NCBI GenBank assembly: GCA_040377305.1
Contig: JBEIPA010000008.1
Span: 128,001-192,000 of the forward strand
DNA length: 64,000 nt
Source: Flavobacteriales bacterium
GTDB lineage: Bacteria > Bacteroidota > Bacteroidia > Palsa-965
Reading direction: 5' to 3'
A program made the position numbers and the translations under genes. Each line of letters opens with the position of its first letter. Position 1 is the stretch's first letter. The notes beneath the pieces are model-generated. The model worked only from the letters and a program-made list of their open reading frames with translations. It was not told where the DNA came from and searched no databases. Below are positions 9,849 to 18,675 of the stretch, one piece after another.

Positions 9849-11308
9849 GGATGTTCGTTCAGTACTTTGGTTACGAGTTCACTTGCCACTTTCGGATCGG
9901 CTTTCCCCTTGGAGAGTTTCATTACTTCGCCCATGAAAAGTCCGACGAGTCCGGTTTTGCCACTCTTGTATTCGGCAACCTTCGCAGGAAATTTCGCGAC
10001 GGCTTCTTTTACAATTTTCAGCAGTGCGCCTTCATCGCTTTCCTGTACAAGATTGTTTTCCTCTGCAATCTGTAACGCAGTTTTCGATACGTTATTGATC
10101 ATCACAGGGAATATTTTCTGTGCCGCCGCTGCGAAACTAACTTTACCTGAATCAATCAGAGAAATTAAGTCGGCGAGTTGCACGGGCGTAAACTGGAGGT
10201 TCGTAATGTGAACCGCATGCTCGTTCATGTATGATTTTATCGGGCCCATAACCCAGTTCGCTGCAGCCTTTGCATTCTTCGTGTGCTTCAGAACGCTTTC
10301 GAAATACAAAGCAACTTCTTTCGCATCGGTTAAAACAGCAGCATCGTATGCAGAAAGTCCGAGTTCCGTCGTGTAACGTGCGACTAGTTCAGCAGGCAAC
10401 GGAGGTAATTCCGCTTTCACTTTCGCGATGTATTCCTGTGAAACAATCACGGGCTGCAAATCCGGCTCCGGAAAATACCGGTAATCGTTTGCGGCTTCTT
10501 TACTACGCAATGAAAATGTAGTTCCGGTAACAGCTTCGAAACTGCGGGTGTCCTGATCGACTTGTCCGCCTGCTTCTATAATATCAATGTGACGTTTAAT
10601 CTCATGTTCGATTGCACGTTTCACATTTGAAATGGAGTTCATGTTTTTCACCTCTACACGGCGACCATACTCCTTGCTGCCTTTCAGCATCACCGATATG
10701 TTTGCATCGCAACGAAGAGAACCTTCTTCCATATTCCCATCACAGATTTCGAGATAGCGAACCAAACGACGCACTTCGGTAACATAGCGATATGCTTCAT
10801 CCGCAGAACGGATATCAGGCTCAGAAACCAATTCCACAAGCGGAACTCCTGCACGATTCAGATCGACGAGCGTATCGGTTGGATCTACATCATGCATTGA
10901 TTTTCCGGCATCCTCTTCCATGTGAATGCGCGTGAGTCCGATTTTCTTATCGTTACCCGCATCATCTTTAATCGTGATGTATCCACCCGTGCAGATCGGA
11001 GTTTTGTCCTGCGTAATCTGATATCCTTTCGGAAGATCGGCGTAGAAATAATTTTTGCGTGCGTACTCATTGCGCTCGCGTATGGTGCAGTGCGTTGCTA
11101 ATCCCAAACGAACTGCGAATTCAATCACACGCTTGTTTGACATTGGCAGTACACCCGGAAGTCCAAGTGTTACAGGACTCACCAAAGTATTTGGCATCGC
11201 TCCATATTCCGCCGCATCGCTTGCATACGCTTTGGTATTTGTAAGAAGCTGTGCGTGAACCTCGAGACCGATTACCGGCTGGTACTTATCGTAAATAGAA
11301 TCGCTCAT
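9845..11308 (-). CDS. gatB: Asp-tRNA(Asn)/Glu-tRNA(Gln) amidotransferase subunit B
   Basis: IGLEVHAQL, RKNYFYADLPKGYQITQ, HMEEDAGKS, DYRYFPEPDL. Confidence 0.97.
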   Translation of the reverse strand: MSDSIYDKYQPVIGLEVHAQLLTNTKAYASDAAEYGAMPNTLVSPVTLGLPGVLPMSNKRVIEFAVRLGLATHCTIRERNEYARKNYFYADLPKGYQITQDKTPICTGGYITIKDDAGNDKKIGLTRIHMEEDAGKSMHDVDPTDTLVDLNRAGVPLVELVSEPDIRSADEAYRYVTEVRRLVRYLEICDGNMEEGSLRCDANISVMLKGSKEYGRRVEVKNMNSISNVKRAIEHEIKRHIDIIEAGGQVDQDTRSFEAVTGTTFSLRSKEAANDYRYFPEPDLQPVIVSQEYIAKVKAELPPLPAELVARYTTELGLSAYDAAVLTDAKEVALYFESVLKHTKNAKAAANWVMGPIKSYMNEHAVHITNLQFTPVQLADLISLIDSGKVSFAAAAQKIFPVMINNVSKTALQIAEENNLVQESDEGALLKIVKEAVAKFPAKVAEYKSGKTGLVGLFMGEVMKLSKGKADPKVASELVTKVLNEHP

Positions 11309-11335
11309 AAAATGTTGTGCGAAATTACGCAAAAA

Positions 11336-11491
11336 GGGGGTATGGGGGATGAGGAATGAGGGATGAGGAATGTGGTATGCGGAATGTGAAATCCAGCAGT
11401 TTGCAGAGAATTAAGTGTTTTTATGAAATTGAATATGATCACAACCTTCGGCCCCCTTCCCTCATCCCCCATTCCCCATCCCTCGTTCCTC
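11336..11491. repeat. Heptamer-based inverted repeat element (GGATGAG/GAATGAG family)
   Basis: GGGGATGAGGAATGAGGGATGAGGAATG... versus CCCTCATCCCCCATTCCCCATCCCTCGTTCCTC. Confidence 0.7.
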
Positions 11492-11549
11492 GGTTTTATG
11501 GAAACTCAACGCGTTCTACATCATACATGTAATTAAGCAACCGAAACGT

Positions 11550-12341
11550 ATGAGTAACACCCGCGTCGCCCTCCGAATTGATGAACCCTGTTCACAGAAA
11601 TGGTCAGAAATGACCCCGACAGAAAAAGCCCGCCCGGATGAAAATCCGTTCGGACGGGGTCGCTTTTGCGATAGCTGTCAGAAAAAAGTTTTTGATGTGA
11701 CCACGCTCACTGACAACGAACTTCTGCAGATGGCGAAAGATAATCCTCATGGTTTTTGCGGACAGTTTCGCAAGGATCAACTGAATCGTGCGATAATAGA
11801 AACACAATTCAAAAACAAATCGCGATTGAATGCATTTGTTGCCGGCGTGTTTGTCGCACTTGGCGCAGGAACTGCTTCTGCACAATCGGCTCCATCGCAT
11901 ACGGTCCAAACACAAGTGATCGATGAAAAGCATCCGACTGGTGCTGTTTGTGTTCGTGATACAACCAATGCTGGTTTGAGCGATGTACAACTCACCGTGA
12001 TCGTTCATGCTGATAGTCTCACAGGTGCACTTTTACAAACAGCACAAGTTTCATTGGAGGGAACAGGCATTTTCGCTTATACAGATTCAACTGGCAAAGC
12101 AGTTCTCACCATTCCGGGTGCGCAGGTTACCGATTCAATGTCCATCCGTGTTGGATACATTGGTTACGCAGACGTATTAGTTGCAGTGTCTCCATCTCAA
12201 ACTCTTCCTGCAATGGAAGTTGCACTTGTAGAACACGAATGGATGATGCTCGGTGGTGCTGTTGCGTACGATTACGAATGGGTCGAACCGAAAAAAGAAG
12301 AAGAAGAAAAGAAGAAATCAATTTTCCGCAAGAATAAATAA
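11550..12341 (+). CDS. Carboxypeptidase-regulatory-like domain protein with N-terminal Cys cluster (paralog 1)
   Basis: PC..W..MTP...GRFCDSCQKKV...CGQF motif, TM segment, TDSTGK...GY beta-sandwich. Confidence 0.8.
   Translation: MSNTRVALRIDEPCSQKWSEMTPTEKARPDENPFGRGRFCDSCQKKVFDVTTLTDNELLQMAKDNPHGFCGQFRKDQLNRAIIETQFKNKSRLNAFVAGVFVALGAGTASAQSAPSHTVQTQVIDEKHPTGAVCVRDTTNAGLSDVQLTVIVHADSLTGALLQTAQVSLEGTGIFAYTDSTGKAVLTIPGAQVTDSMSIRVGYIGYADVLVAVSPSQTLPAMEVALVEHEWMMLGGAVAYDYEWVEPKKEEEEKKKSIFRKNK
11629..11658. mobile_element. 30-bp palindromic in-frame micro-insertion (encodes ARPDENPFGR)
   Basis: CCCGCCCGGATGAAAATCCGTTCGGACGGG hairpin interrupts MTPTEK|GRFC. Confidence 0.65.
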
Positions 12342-12347
12342 CGCAGT

Positions 12348-13097
12348 ATGAGCCGCAAATCGATATCAATCCGCATTGAAAAACCTTGTACAGAAGACTG
12401 GGACAAGATGACGCCAACTGATCACGCCCGCCCGGATGGCTCGGTCGGACGGGGTAAGTTTTGCGCTGCTTGCGAGAAGAACGTAACCGACTTCACCGGC
12501 ATGACCGACAATGAAGTGTTGGAGTTTATCCAACATCACACGGGCAAAATGTGTGGACAGCTACGCGGAAGTCAGCTCAACAGATTGATTGTACAAACAA
12601 AATTGCAAGGGAAGAATTACAGACTCAATGCATTCTTCGCTACACTTCTCTTTGCAGGTGGCGCAGGCTCGTTGGCAGCACAGGACACAATTCCTCCGGC
12701 ACCACGGTACAATCCAACCGTGGTCATCAACGAAAAGCATCCGACTGGTCCGGTCTGCATCAATGTTCCTTCAAAGAAAGTGCAAACCGTACTGAAGGCG
12801 ACAATCATGGATACGGTGATTGGAAAGCACGTTGATTATGCTGTTGTCACTTTGCGTGGAACCAATATTTCCGCCGAGACAGATAACAAAGGGAGATTTG
12901 AAATGATCATTCCGGATTCACTTGCCGGAGATTCAATCGTATTGATGGTTCATGCTCCTGGCTATTTCCGCGAGTGGATAACCATTCCTGCCGGGCAAAT
13001 TGCAAAGACTTCTGTTATAGAAGCTGCGTTCAATGAAATGATCATGAAAGGCGATATGATCATTGAAGAGCGTCCACGGAAATGCGGAAATGATTAA
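12348..13097 (+). CDS. Carboxypeptidase-regulatory-like domain protein with N-terminal Cys cluster (paralog 2)
   Basis: PCTEDWDKMTP...GKFCAACEKNV...CGQL; shares EKHPTG(A/P)VC with paralog 1. Confidence 0.8.
   Translation: MSRKSISIRIEKPCTEDWDKMTPTDHARPDGSVGRGKFCAACEKNVTDFTGMTDNEVLEFIQHHTGKMCGQLRGSQLNRLIVQTKLQGKNYRLNAFFATLLFAGGAGSLAAQDTIPPAPRYNPTVVINEKHPTGPVCINVPSKKVQTVLKATIMDTVIGKHVDYAVVTLRGTNISAETDNKGRFEMIIPDSLAGDSIVLMVHAPGYFREWITIPAGQIAKTSVIEAAFNEMIMKGDMIIEERPRKCGND
12427..12453. mobile_element. 27-bp palindromic in-frame micro-insertion (encodes ARPDGSVGR)
   Basis: CCCGCCCGGATGGCTCGGTCGGACGGG at the homologous codon of paralog 2. Confidence 0.65.
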
Positions 13098-13251
13098 CCA
13101 CATAGAATCATAGAAATTCTTTGTTTGCTAAGCGTGCCGAGCAAACTCGTCCGTCATAGTACACAAGAGTGAAATCGCTGGGCGATTCCTCGTGTGAACT
13201 ATGTAATTCTTGACCAACGCAAGAAAACAAAGGGCTATGTTACTATGTGGT
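13097..13251. mobile_element. ~155-bp CATAG hairpin element (MITE/REPIN-like), copy 1, arms A+B
   Basis: TIR ACCACATAGAATCATAG / CTATGTTACTATGTGGT; inner stem CATAGTACACAAGAG...CTCGTGTGAACTATG. Confidence 0.8.
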
Positions 13252-13256
13252 AAAAA

Positions 13257-13910
13257 CTAGTAGTAACGGCCACGCATATAGAAGCACACACCTGCCTGAA
13301 TCACATGATTGTGCGTTTGCTGGGTATTGAATTCCGTGATATCATACGGCAAAACATTCCTGCGTAGAATAGGATTGATTGAGAATGAATAACGCATGTC
13401 GAAATACATGTTGTTATTGATTCGTAAGTGCGCTCCAAACAATGCACTCAAATCATATTTATCGGACCACACTTCATTGAATGCAATCTGTTCGCCATTC
13501 TTAAACATGCGTGGTGAAATCAATCGTGCGTATGATAATCCCAGGTCAATACCAACCCGTTGTTCTCTCGCGCGCGATGAGAACGCGAAACTCTCGAAAC
13601 GATAGAACACAGGAATCTCAATATAATGTAAGCTGAGATTGAATTTGTTTGGATTGTCGTCTACCGGTTTGCGAAATGCGCCTTTGCGGATGTAATTAAT
13701 TTCCATCTGCATATAGTTCTTGTACTTATCTCGACGAGTGATGATGAATCCAGCCGTTCCGGAAACTTTGTTAAAACCAGCGTTCGAAAAGTCGGGTAAG
13801 TGACTAACGAGTGCGCCACCGTGTAAACCGAAATCAAATTTTGGTTGTGCGCCAAGGAAAGTAATTCCTCCGAAGAAAAGCAGAAGAGATAGGGTGATTC
13901 GCAGCTTCAT
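13257..13910 (-). CDS. Outer-membrane beta-barrel protein (PorT/porin-like)
   Basis: Signal peptide, EINYIRKG, LHYIEIP, DMRYS motifs, aromatic C-terminus. Confidence 0.8.
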   Translation of the reverse strand: MKLRITLSLLLFFGGITFLGAQPKFDFGLHGGALVSHLPDFSNAGFNKVSGTAGFIITRRDKYKNYMQMEINYIRKGAFRKPVDDNPNKFNLSLHYIEIPVFYRFESFAFSSRAREQRVGIDLGLSYARLISPRMFKNGEQIAFNEVWSDKYDLSALFGAHLRINNNMYFDMRYSFSINPILRRNVLPYDITEFNTQQTHNHVIQAGVCFYMRGRYY

Positions 13911-13940
13911 GCGGGCAAAAATACAAGAAACATGCCTACC

Positions 13941-14097
13941 GCAATGTGCTAATATGGTAATGTGATAATTTGCTAAAAAGAGACTATAAGAGGGCAGGTG
14001 GACTTCACAAGTGGTATATTCTTCTACATATTTATTGTGTTGGAGAACAACTCGTAACGGAATCAGCTAATCAGACATCAGAAATCAACTAATCAGA
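13941..14097. repeat. Octamer-based inverted repeat element (AATGTGCT family), no cargo
   Basis: CAATGTGCTAATATGGTAATGTGATAATTTGCTAA ... AATCAGCTAATCAGACATCAGAAATCAACTAATCAG (degenerate). Confidence 0.55.
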
Positions 14098-14113
14098 TTG
14101 CGTATATTGTAGA

Positions 14114-15229
14114 GTGAGAACGCTGCTCATTTCTACATTCATTTTTCTTGCTTCGCATCTTCATGCACAGCAAGACTATTTCTATGCGGAAAATCTCATA
14201 GAAAACGGTCAAAAAGCAGAAGCCATTCGGGTTCTGGATCATTTAATTGATTCCGGTGCTTACGTTGATCGACCACGATTTGCAATGATGACACTGAATC
14301 TTGCCGGAAGTACTAAGCGAGCTTTAGGTGATACCGCTGGAGCCAGAAAATGCTTCGAATCGGTAATGCACTGTTATGATACTTTGAGCGGCCCACGCAA
14401 ATCAGACAATTGGAACCGGAGAGAGTATTACAAGGGAGCTTTCTATCTTGCTGAAATGCATTTTCATGAATTAAAGCAATGGAGTACGTCAAATGCTATT
14501 CTTGCGAATATAGGTGAGCCGGGTGATTATTATTCAGCCACGGGTTCAGATGTTCTGCTTGCACAGGAACGCTACTGCAAGTTACGGACTTCCATCTTTC
14601 AGAAACTGAATCAGCCCGACAGTGCGTTTCAGTACATCCGACAGATTCGCGATCGGGAAAATGTGCCCGTGCAACTCCTCGACAGTATTTTTGATGTTTC
14701 CACGAACTCTATCCGCCAGGTGCAATTCGTTTCCTACTCGGCGACAAGTCAAAACACAAATAATATTCCAGGCTGTCTCTATTTCGTGGCGTGGAATGAC
14801 GAAACCAACAATCAACATTCCATTTGGTTTATTAATCCGGAGAGGGGTCAGATACAGATTCTCAATCATTCGGTTTTCAACAATAACGATTCACAGAACT
14901 TTCCGGCCAACTGCTACGATATGTCTTTGTCTACCGATGAAAAATATCTGGCGGTAACATGCTATACCGAAGGAAGCAACTTCATAGACATTTACAGTTT
15001 TCCGGAAATAATCAATGAGCAACGTTGTGTAGAGAAGCATTCTATACTTGCTTATCCGTCATCGGTTGAAATCAAAGGCTGGGAAAGTTCCATGCTCGTG
15101 GTTGAATGTGATCAGGATCTCACCCGACTCAATAAAAAGATGCATCCGAACTGGGATGTTTCAGAGAATCCCGATGTGAAACTTTTGTACTTATTTGATC
15201 CGGAGAGTGGAAAGTATTCGAAGAAATAA
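14114..15229 (+). CDS. Secreted hypothetical protein, TPR-like N-terminus and beta-propeller-like C-terminus
   Basis: 371-aa ORF with signal peptide, helical repeats, SLSTDEKYLAV blade-like motif. Confidence 0.6.
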   Translation: MRTLLISTFIFLASHLHAQQDYFYAENLIENGQKAEAIRVLDHLIDSGAYVDRPRFAMMTLNLAGSTKRALGDTAGARKCFESVMHCYDTLSGPRKSDNWNRREYYKGAFYLAEMHFHELKQWSTSNAILANIGEPGDYYSATGSDVLLAQERYCKLRTSIFQKLNQPDSAFQYIRQIRDRENVPVQLLDSIFDVSTNSIRQVQFVSYSATSQNTNNIPGCLYFVAWNDETNNQHSIWFINPERGQIQILNHSVFNNNDSQNFPANCYDMSLSTDEKYLAVTCYTEGSNFIDIYSFPEIINEQRCVEKHSILAYPSSVEIKGWESSMLVVECDQDLTRLNKKMHPNWDVSENPDVKLLYLFDPESGKYSKK

Positions 15230-16351
15230 TTACTTCCACTGAATCGTAGTCGCAATCGTAAATGCCGCGCCATCGAAGTCGAGACTCAACTGCTCTTCCC
15301 AAATCGGAACAATCGTTTCTACGAGCGCAAATCCACCTGACTGTTTGTGATAAACGTAATAGCGATACGTCGTTGTTGCATTTCCCTCCAATGAAACATA
15401 ACGATAAGTAGCTGCAAATACTTCTACTCCGGGTTGCGATTCAATTTTTCGGAATGTGGTTCCTTCTCTTTCTTTGACATCGAGTGAATCCGAATAAATT
15501 TTGAAGTCATTTCTCGCGGCAATGCTGAAGCTGTCTTCGATCGCAAGGCGCGTGTAGTCGATGTTCACTACATACGGAAATCCTGCAGGCCATACGGTTT
15601 GATGCGTTTCCTTATACTCGTCAACACGCCATCCGAATGGTACGCAAAAGGAATAGCCGTAATCACACGTGTACATCAAGTTAGATTGACCACAACCTTC
15701 GCTGATTACCAATGACGCCGGAACGTATGAAGTAGTTGTGTTCGATTGCTCAATGAACCAGAAGTAATCCATGAAGTAACTTCCTGCAAGATCAACGTGG
15801 ATTCCAACTTCATCACTCAATGGAGCTACATACGGAACCGACAACACAAGTTGTTCGTTAATGGAGAAATCGTATTGATTCGTTTCCATGTTGCGTTCAA
15901 CACGAATGCTGTTCAAACCGTCGCCACTGTAGGCGTAGTTGAATGAATTCGGAGAAACTACAGCGAGCTTTCCTTTCACTTTATTCTCGAAGATGAAACT
16001 ACCGTCGCCATACACAAGAAATGCCATGTATGTTGAGTCATTGTCCGCACGACCCCACACGAGTCCAACGCCTTTGTTAGCTCCTACTCCACTGTCGCGC
16101 TCGATGTTGGTTTCAATCCGGAAATGTTTTTCGAATCCGCCTTTAACAGCGAATGTGTGACGAAAATATCCATCGTTTTTTGATTCGAGGTTGTAACGAC
16201 CGTCTTTAACGTAAACAGTATTTGCGTCGGTTAGGGATTCGGGCCAGCCGTTATCGTTGTTATCGAAGCCGTCGAAGATGTTGCGTTGCGCGTTTAGCGA
16301 CAGCGCACAGCAGATTGAGAGAAACAGCGAGTAGAATTTCAGCACGGTCAA
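15230..16351 (-). CDS. Secreted hypothetical protein (lectin/LamG-like N-domain plus PsbP-like C-domain)
   Basis: Signal peptide; FDGFDNNDNGW...GLVWG...FSINEQLV; YGYSFCVPFGWRV. Confidence 0.6.
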   Translation of the reverse strand: MTVLKFYSLFLSICCALSLNAQRNIFDGFDNNDNGWPESLTDANTVYVKDGRYNLESKNDGYFRHTFAVKGGFEKHFRIETNIERDSGVGANKGVGLVWGRADNDSTYMAFLVYGDGSFIFENKVKGKLAVVSPNSFNYAYSGDGLNSIRVERNMETNQYDFSINEQLVLSVPYVAPLSDEVGIHVDLAGSYFMDYFWFIEQSNTTTSYVPASLVISEGCGQSNLMYTCDYGYSFCVPFGWRVDEYKETHQTVWPAGFPYVVNIDYTRLAIEDSFSIAARNDFKIYSDSLDVKEREGTTFRKIESQPGVEVFAATYRYVSLEGNATTTYRYYVYHKQSGGFALVETIVPIWEEQLSLDFDGAAFTIATTIQWK

Positions 16352-16395
16352 AGATAAAGCAAATCCAATGCCTAGATTGAGATCTCCCGTGGCTT

Positions 16396-16500
16396 AATGC
16401 AACGCGAATTTTGATGCCCAGGGCGTGTTAGTCCTCCTCTCGGATCATCGCGGTAGATAGAAAAACCGGTTATTGGATTTTATGAGATAAACTTGGTTGG
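16396..16500 (-). repeat. Downstream inverted boxed unit of the GxxExxY element
   Basis: Reverse complement reads TATCTCATAAAATCC-N27-TGATCCGAG-N7-CTAACA-N10-ATCAAAATTCGCGTTGCATT. Confidence 0.85.
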
Positions 16501-16502
16501 GC

Positions 16503-16901
16503 TCAAGATGCCTTACGATCATTTTCAAAAATCTTACGTTTGAAACTTGGTTCTTCACCAAAATTCAAGAGCATCCCCACTTCCATTCTTGTCGCTCTCA
16601 AATAATTTAACAATTGGACCTCATTCTCTGGCGCTAATTTGGTTGCCGCTTTCAGTTCAACAATTACCTTTTCTTCAACAACCATGTCAGCGAAATAAAT
16701 TCCTATCTGCTGATCTCTGTAATAAACAGTAATTGGTTCTTGCGTTTTGAACTTAACTTTCATCTTCTGAAGCTCAATTGCCATGGCTTTCTCGTAGTTC
16801 TTTTCAAGAAATCCATATCCCAATTCATTGTAAACGTTGTAATACGCACGCAGAATTTTTCCTGTAACATCGCTGTGTAACATAACATCTGTATTTATCA
16901 T
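16503..16901 (-). CDS. GxxExxY family protein (PD-(D/E)XK nuclease-like)
   Basis: 132 aa; GFLEKNY motif; YFADMVVEEKVIVELKA; QLLNYL...GMLLNFG. Confidence 0.93.
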   Translation of the reverse strand: MINTDVMLHSDVTGKILRAYYNVYNELGYGFLEKNYEKAMAIELQKMKVKFKTQEPITVYYRDQQIGIYFADMVVEEKVIVELKAATKLAPENEVQLLNYLRATRMEVGMLLNFGEEPSFKRKIFENDRKAS

Positions 16902-16911
16902 TCATATAAAA

Positions 16912-17292
16912 CCTAACGAGCCTATCTCATAAAATCCCAAAATCTAAACGAACTATTCACCCTACTGATCCGAGATCACCGCTAACACCAAACACACATC
17001 AAAATCCGCGTTCCATTCATCCTCAACTTTAACAAGCCTATCTCATAAAATCCAATATCCAGCCTTTCAAATTTACCGCACTGATCCGAGCGATAACCTA
17101 ACAATTAACGTATATCAAAATCCGCGTTCCATGTTCACCGCTAACACCAAACACACTTCAAAATCCGCGTTCCATTCATCCTCAACTTTAACAAGCCTAT
17201 CTCATAAAATCCAATATCCAGCCTTTCAAGTTTACCGCACTGATCCGAGCGATAACCTAACAATTAACTTATATCAAAATCCGCGTTCCATT
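16912..17292 (+). repeat. Array of three boxed ~105-bp units plus one partial unit, including a 157-bp tandem duplication
   Basis: Units at ~16912-17017, 17028-17132, 17187-17292; 16976-17132 repeated at 17135-17291 with 3 substitutions. Confidence 0.9.
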
Positions 17293-18369
17293 TCAAAACA
17301 GCGACAACTGCGCAGCCCCAGCCTTCGGATTAAAGTCCTGCGTATTCCAGGGCATGGGATCCTGATTCAACCCAAGACGACTTGCCGTTAGCTTAAACAG
17401 TTTCGCAATACTCTCCGCCATCTGTCCTTCACCAGTCATGCGAACTCCGTAACGCGTGTCGTTGACTTTTCCACCGTGAGCGCCTTCGATGTGATGCAGG
17501 ATTTTTTCAGCACGATCAGGATACGATTTGCGTAACCAGTCGCGGAAGATATCGCCAACTTGTCCGTTGAGACGTACCATCGTGTAGCCAGCGCTCCGAG
17601 CTCCGTTGGCTGCTGCAGTTTCGAGTACTTCCGGAATCTCGTGTGAGTTCAATCCCGGAATAACCGGTCCGAATAAAATTCCGGTTCTGATACCTGCTTC
17701 GGAAAGAATGCGCAATGTCTCAAAACGATTCTTGTATGTAGAAGTTCTCGGCTCGAGTTTCTGACGAACATCTTCATCCATTCCGGTAATGCTGATCATC
17801 ACATGCACGAGATTTTTCTTCGCCATGTCCGCAAGAATATCAATATCGCGACAGATGAGAGAATTCTTCGTGATCATTGCTGCAGGGTGACGAAACTTCA
17901 GCAAAACTTCCAGCATCTTCCGCGTGAGTTGAAGCTTTCGCTCAATGGGTTGATAGCAATCGGTGTTGCCGGAAAACATCATCGGCTCTGCTTTGTGACG
18001 AGGATTGCTGAGCTCTTTCTCGAGCAATTCAAATGCATTCATCTTCACAATCACCTTGCGTTCGAAATCGAGCCCAGCGCTATATCCCCAGAACTCGTGT
18101 GAATTTCTCGCATAACAATACACACACCCGTGCTCACAACCCTGATAAGGATTCAACGACAAGTTCATCAGATCCGGGCTATCGACTTTATTTATAATCG
18201 TCTTTGGAAACGTCTGCAGATACTCCGTCTTGTCATCGAGCAGCATGGGCTCATCAATTACCTCGATGTGCTCCATAACTCGTTGCTGCTTGAAGAAACG
18301 GTTGTTTGGATTTATCTGCGCACCGCGCCCGTGAAATGTTTGATTGTCGTAAATGTTGCTCGCGATCAT
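17293..18369 (-). CDS. PA0069-family radical SAM protein (SplB-like); start uncertain
   Basis: GRGAQINP, NPYQGCEHGCVYCYAR, SGNTDCYQP, QLSLF end. Confidence 0.92.
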   Translation of the reverse strand: MIASNIYDNQTFHGRGAQINPNNRFFKQQRVMEHIEVIDEPMLLDDKTEYLQTFPKTIINKVDSPDLMNLSLNPYQGCEHGCVYCYARNSHEFWGYSAGLDFERKVIVKMNAFELLEKELSNPRHKAEPMMFSGNTDCYQPIERKLQLTRKMLEVLLKFRHPAAMITKNSLICRDIDILADMAKKNLVHVMISITGMDEDVRQKLEPRTSTYKNRFETLRILSEAGIRTGILFGPVIPGLNSHEIPEVLETAAANGARSAGYTMVRLNGQVGDIFRDWLRKSYPDRAEKILHHIEGAHGGKVNDTRYGVRMTGEGQMAESIAKLFKLTASRLGLNQDPMPWNTQDFNPKAGAAQLSLF

Positions 18370-18443
18370 GGCTTTCCCTCTTTTGATCAAAGCTAGAGAG
18401 GCAGGAAGCGGACGGCAAGGTATTTAACGCATAGCTAAATTTT

Positions 18444-18607
18444 TTAGCCAGGATGGCTAACGCTGCAAGGGTTACGCGCGCGCGTACGCGAACCCTGCAG
18501 GAGTTAAACGCTTGCGGGGTTCGAGATTCAGACACGCTCCAAGGGTTAAGCCCTTGAAGGGTTACACGTGCGCGCGAACCCTGCAGGAGTTAAACGCTTG
18601 CAGGGTT
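18444..18607. repeat. Cluster of REP-like palindromes with CG-alternating linkers
   Basis: AACCCTGCAGGAGTTAAACGCTTGC(G/A)GGGTT at 18491-18521 and 18577-18607, each preceded by a decayed ...AAGGGTT palindrome and an ACGCGCG-type linker. Confidence 0.75.
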
Positions 18608-18646
18608 AAAAAAAAGATGCCTTCGTTCTCTCAAACAAAGGCATCA
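18608..18646 (-). terminator. Rho-independent terminator of the choice-of-anchor B gene
   Basis: GATGCCTT...AAGGCATC hairpin followed by a T-run on the minus strand. Confidence 0.6.
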
Positions 18647-18675
18647 GAAATAATAAACTGTATAATCAGTTCAGC

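Noticed and set aside
16912-17292. CRISPR array
   Set aside because: Units are multi-box ~105 bp, spacers are duplicated rather than unique, only three units, and no cas genes in the window.
17131-17391. 86-aa plus-strand ORF
   Set aside because: Translation of the repeat array running antisense into the radical SAM gene.
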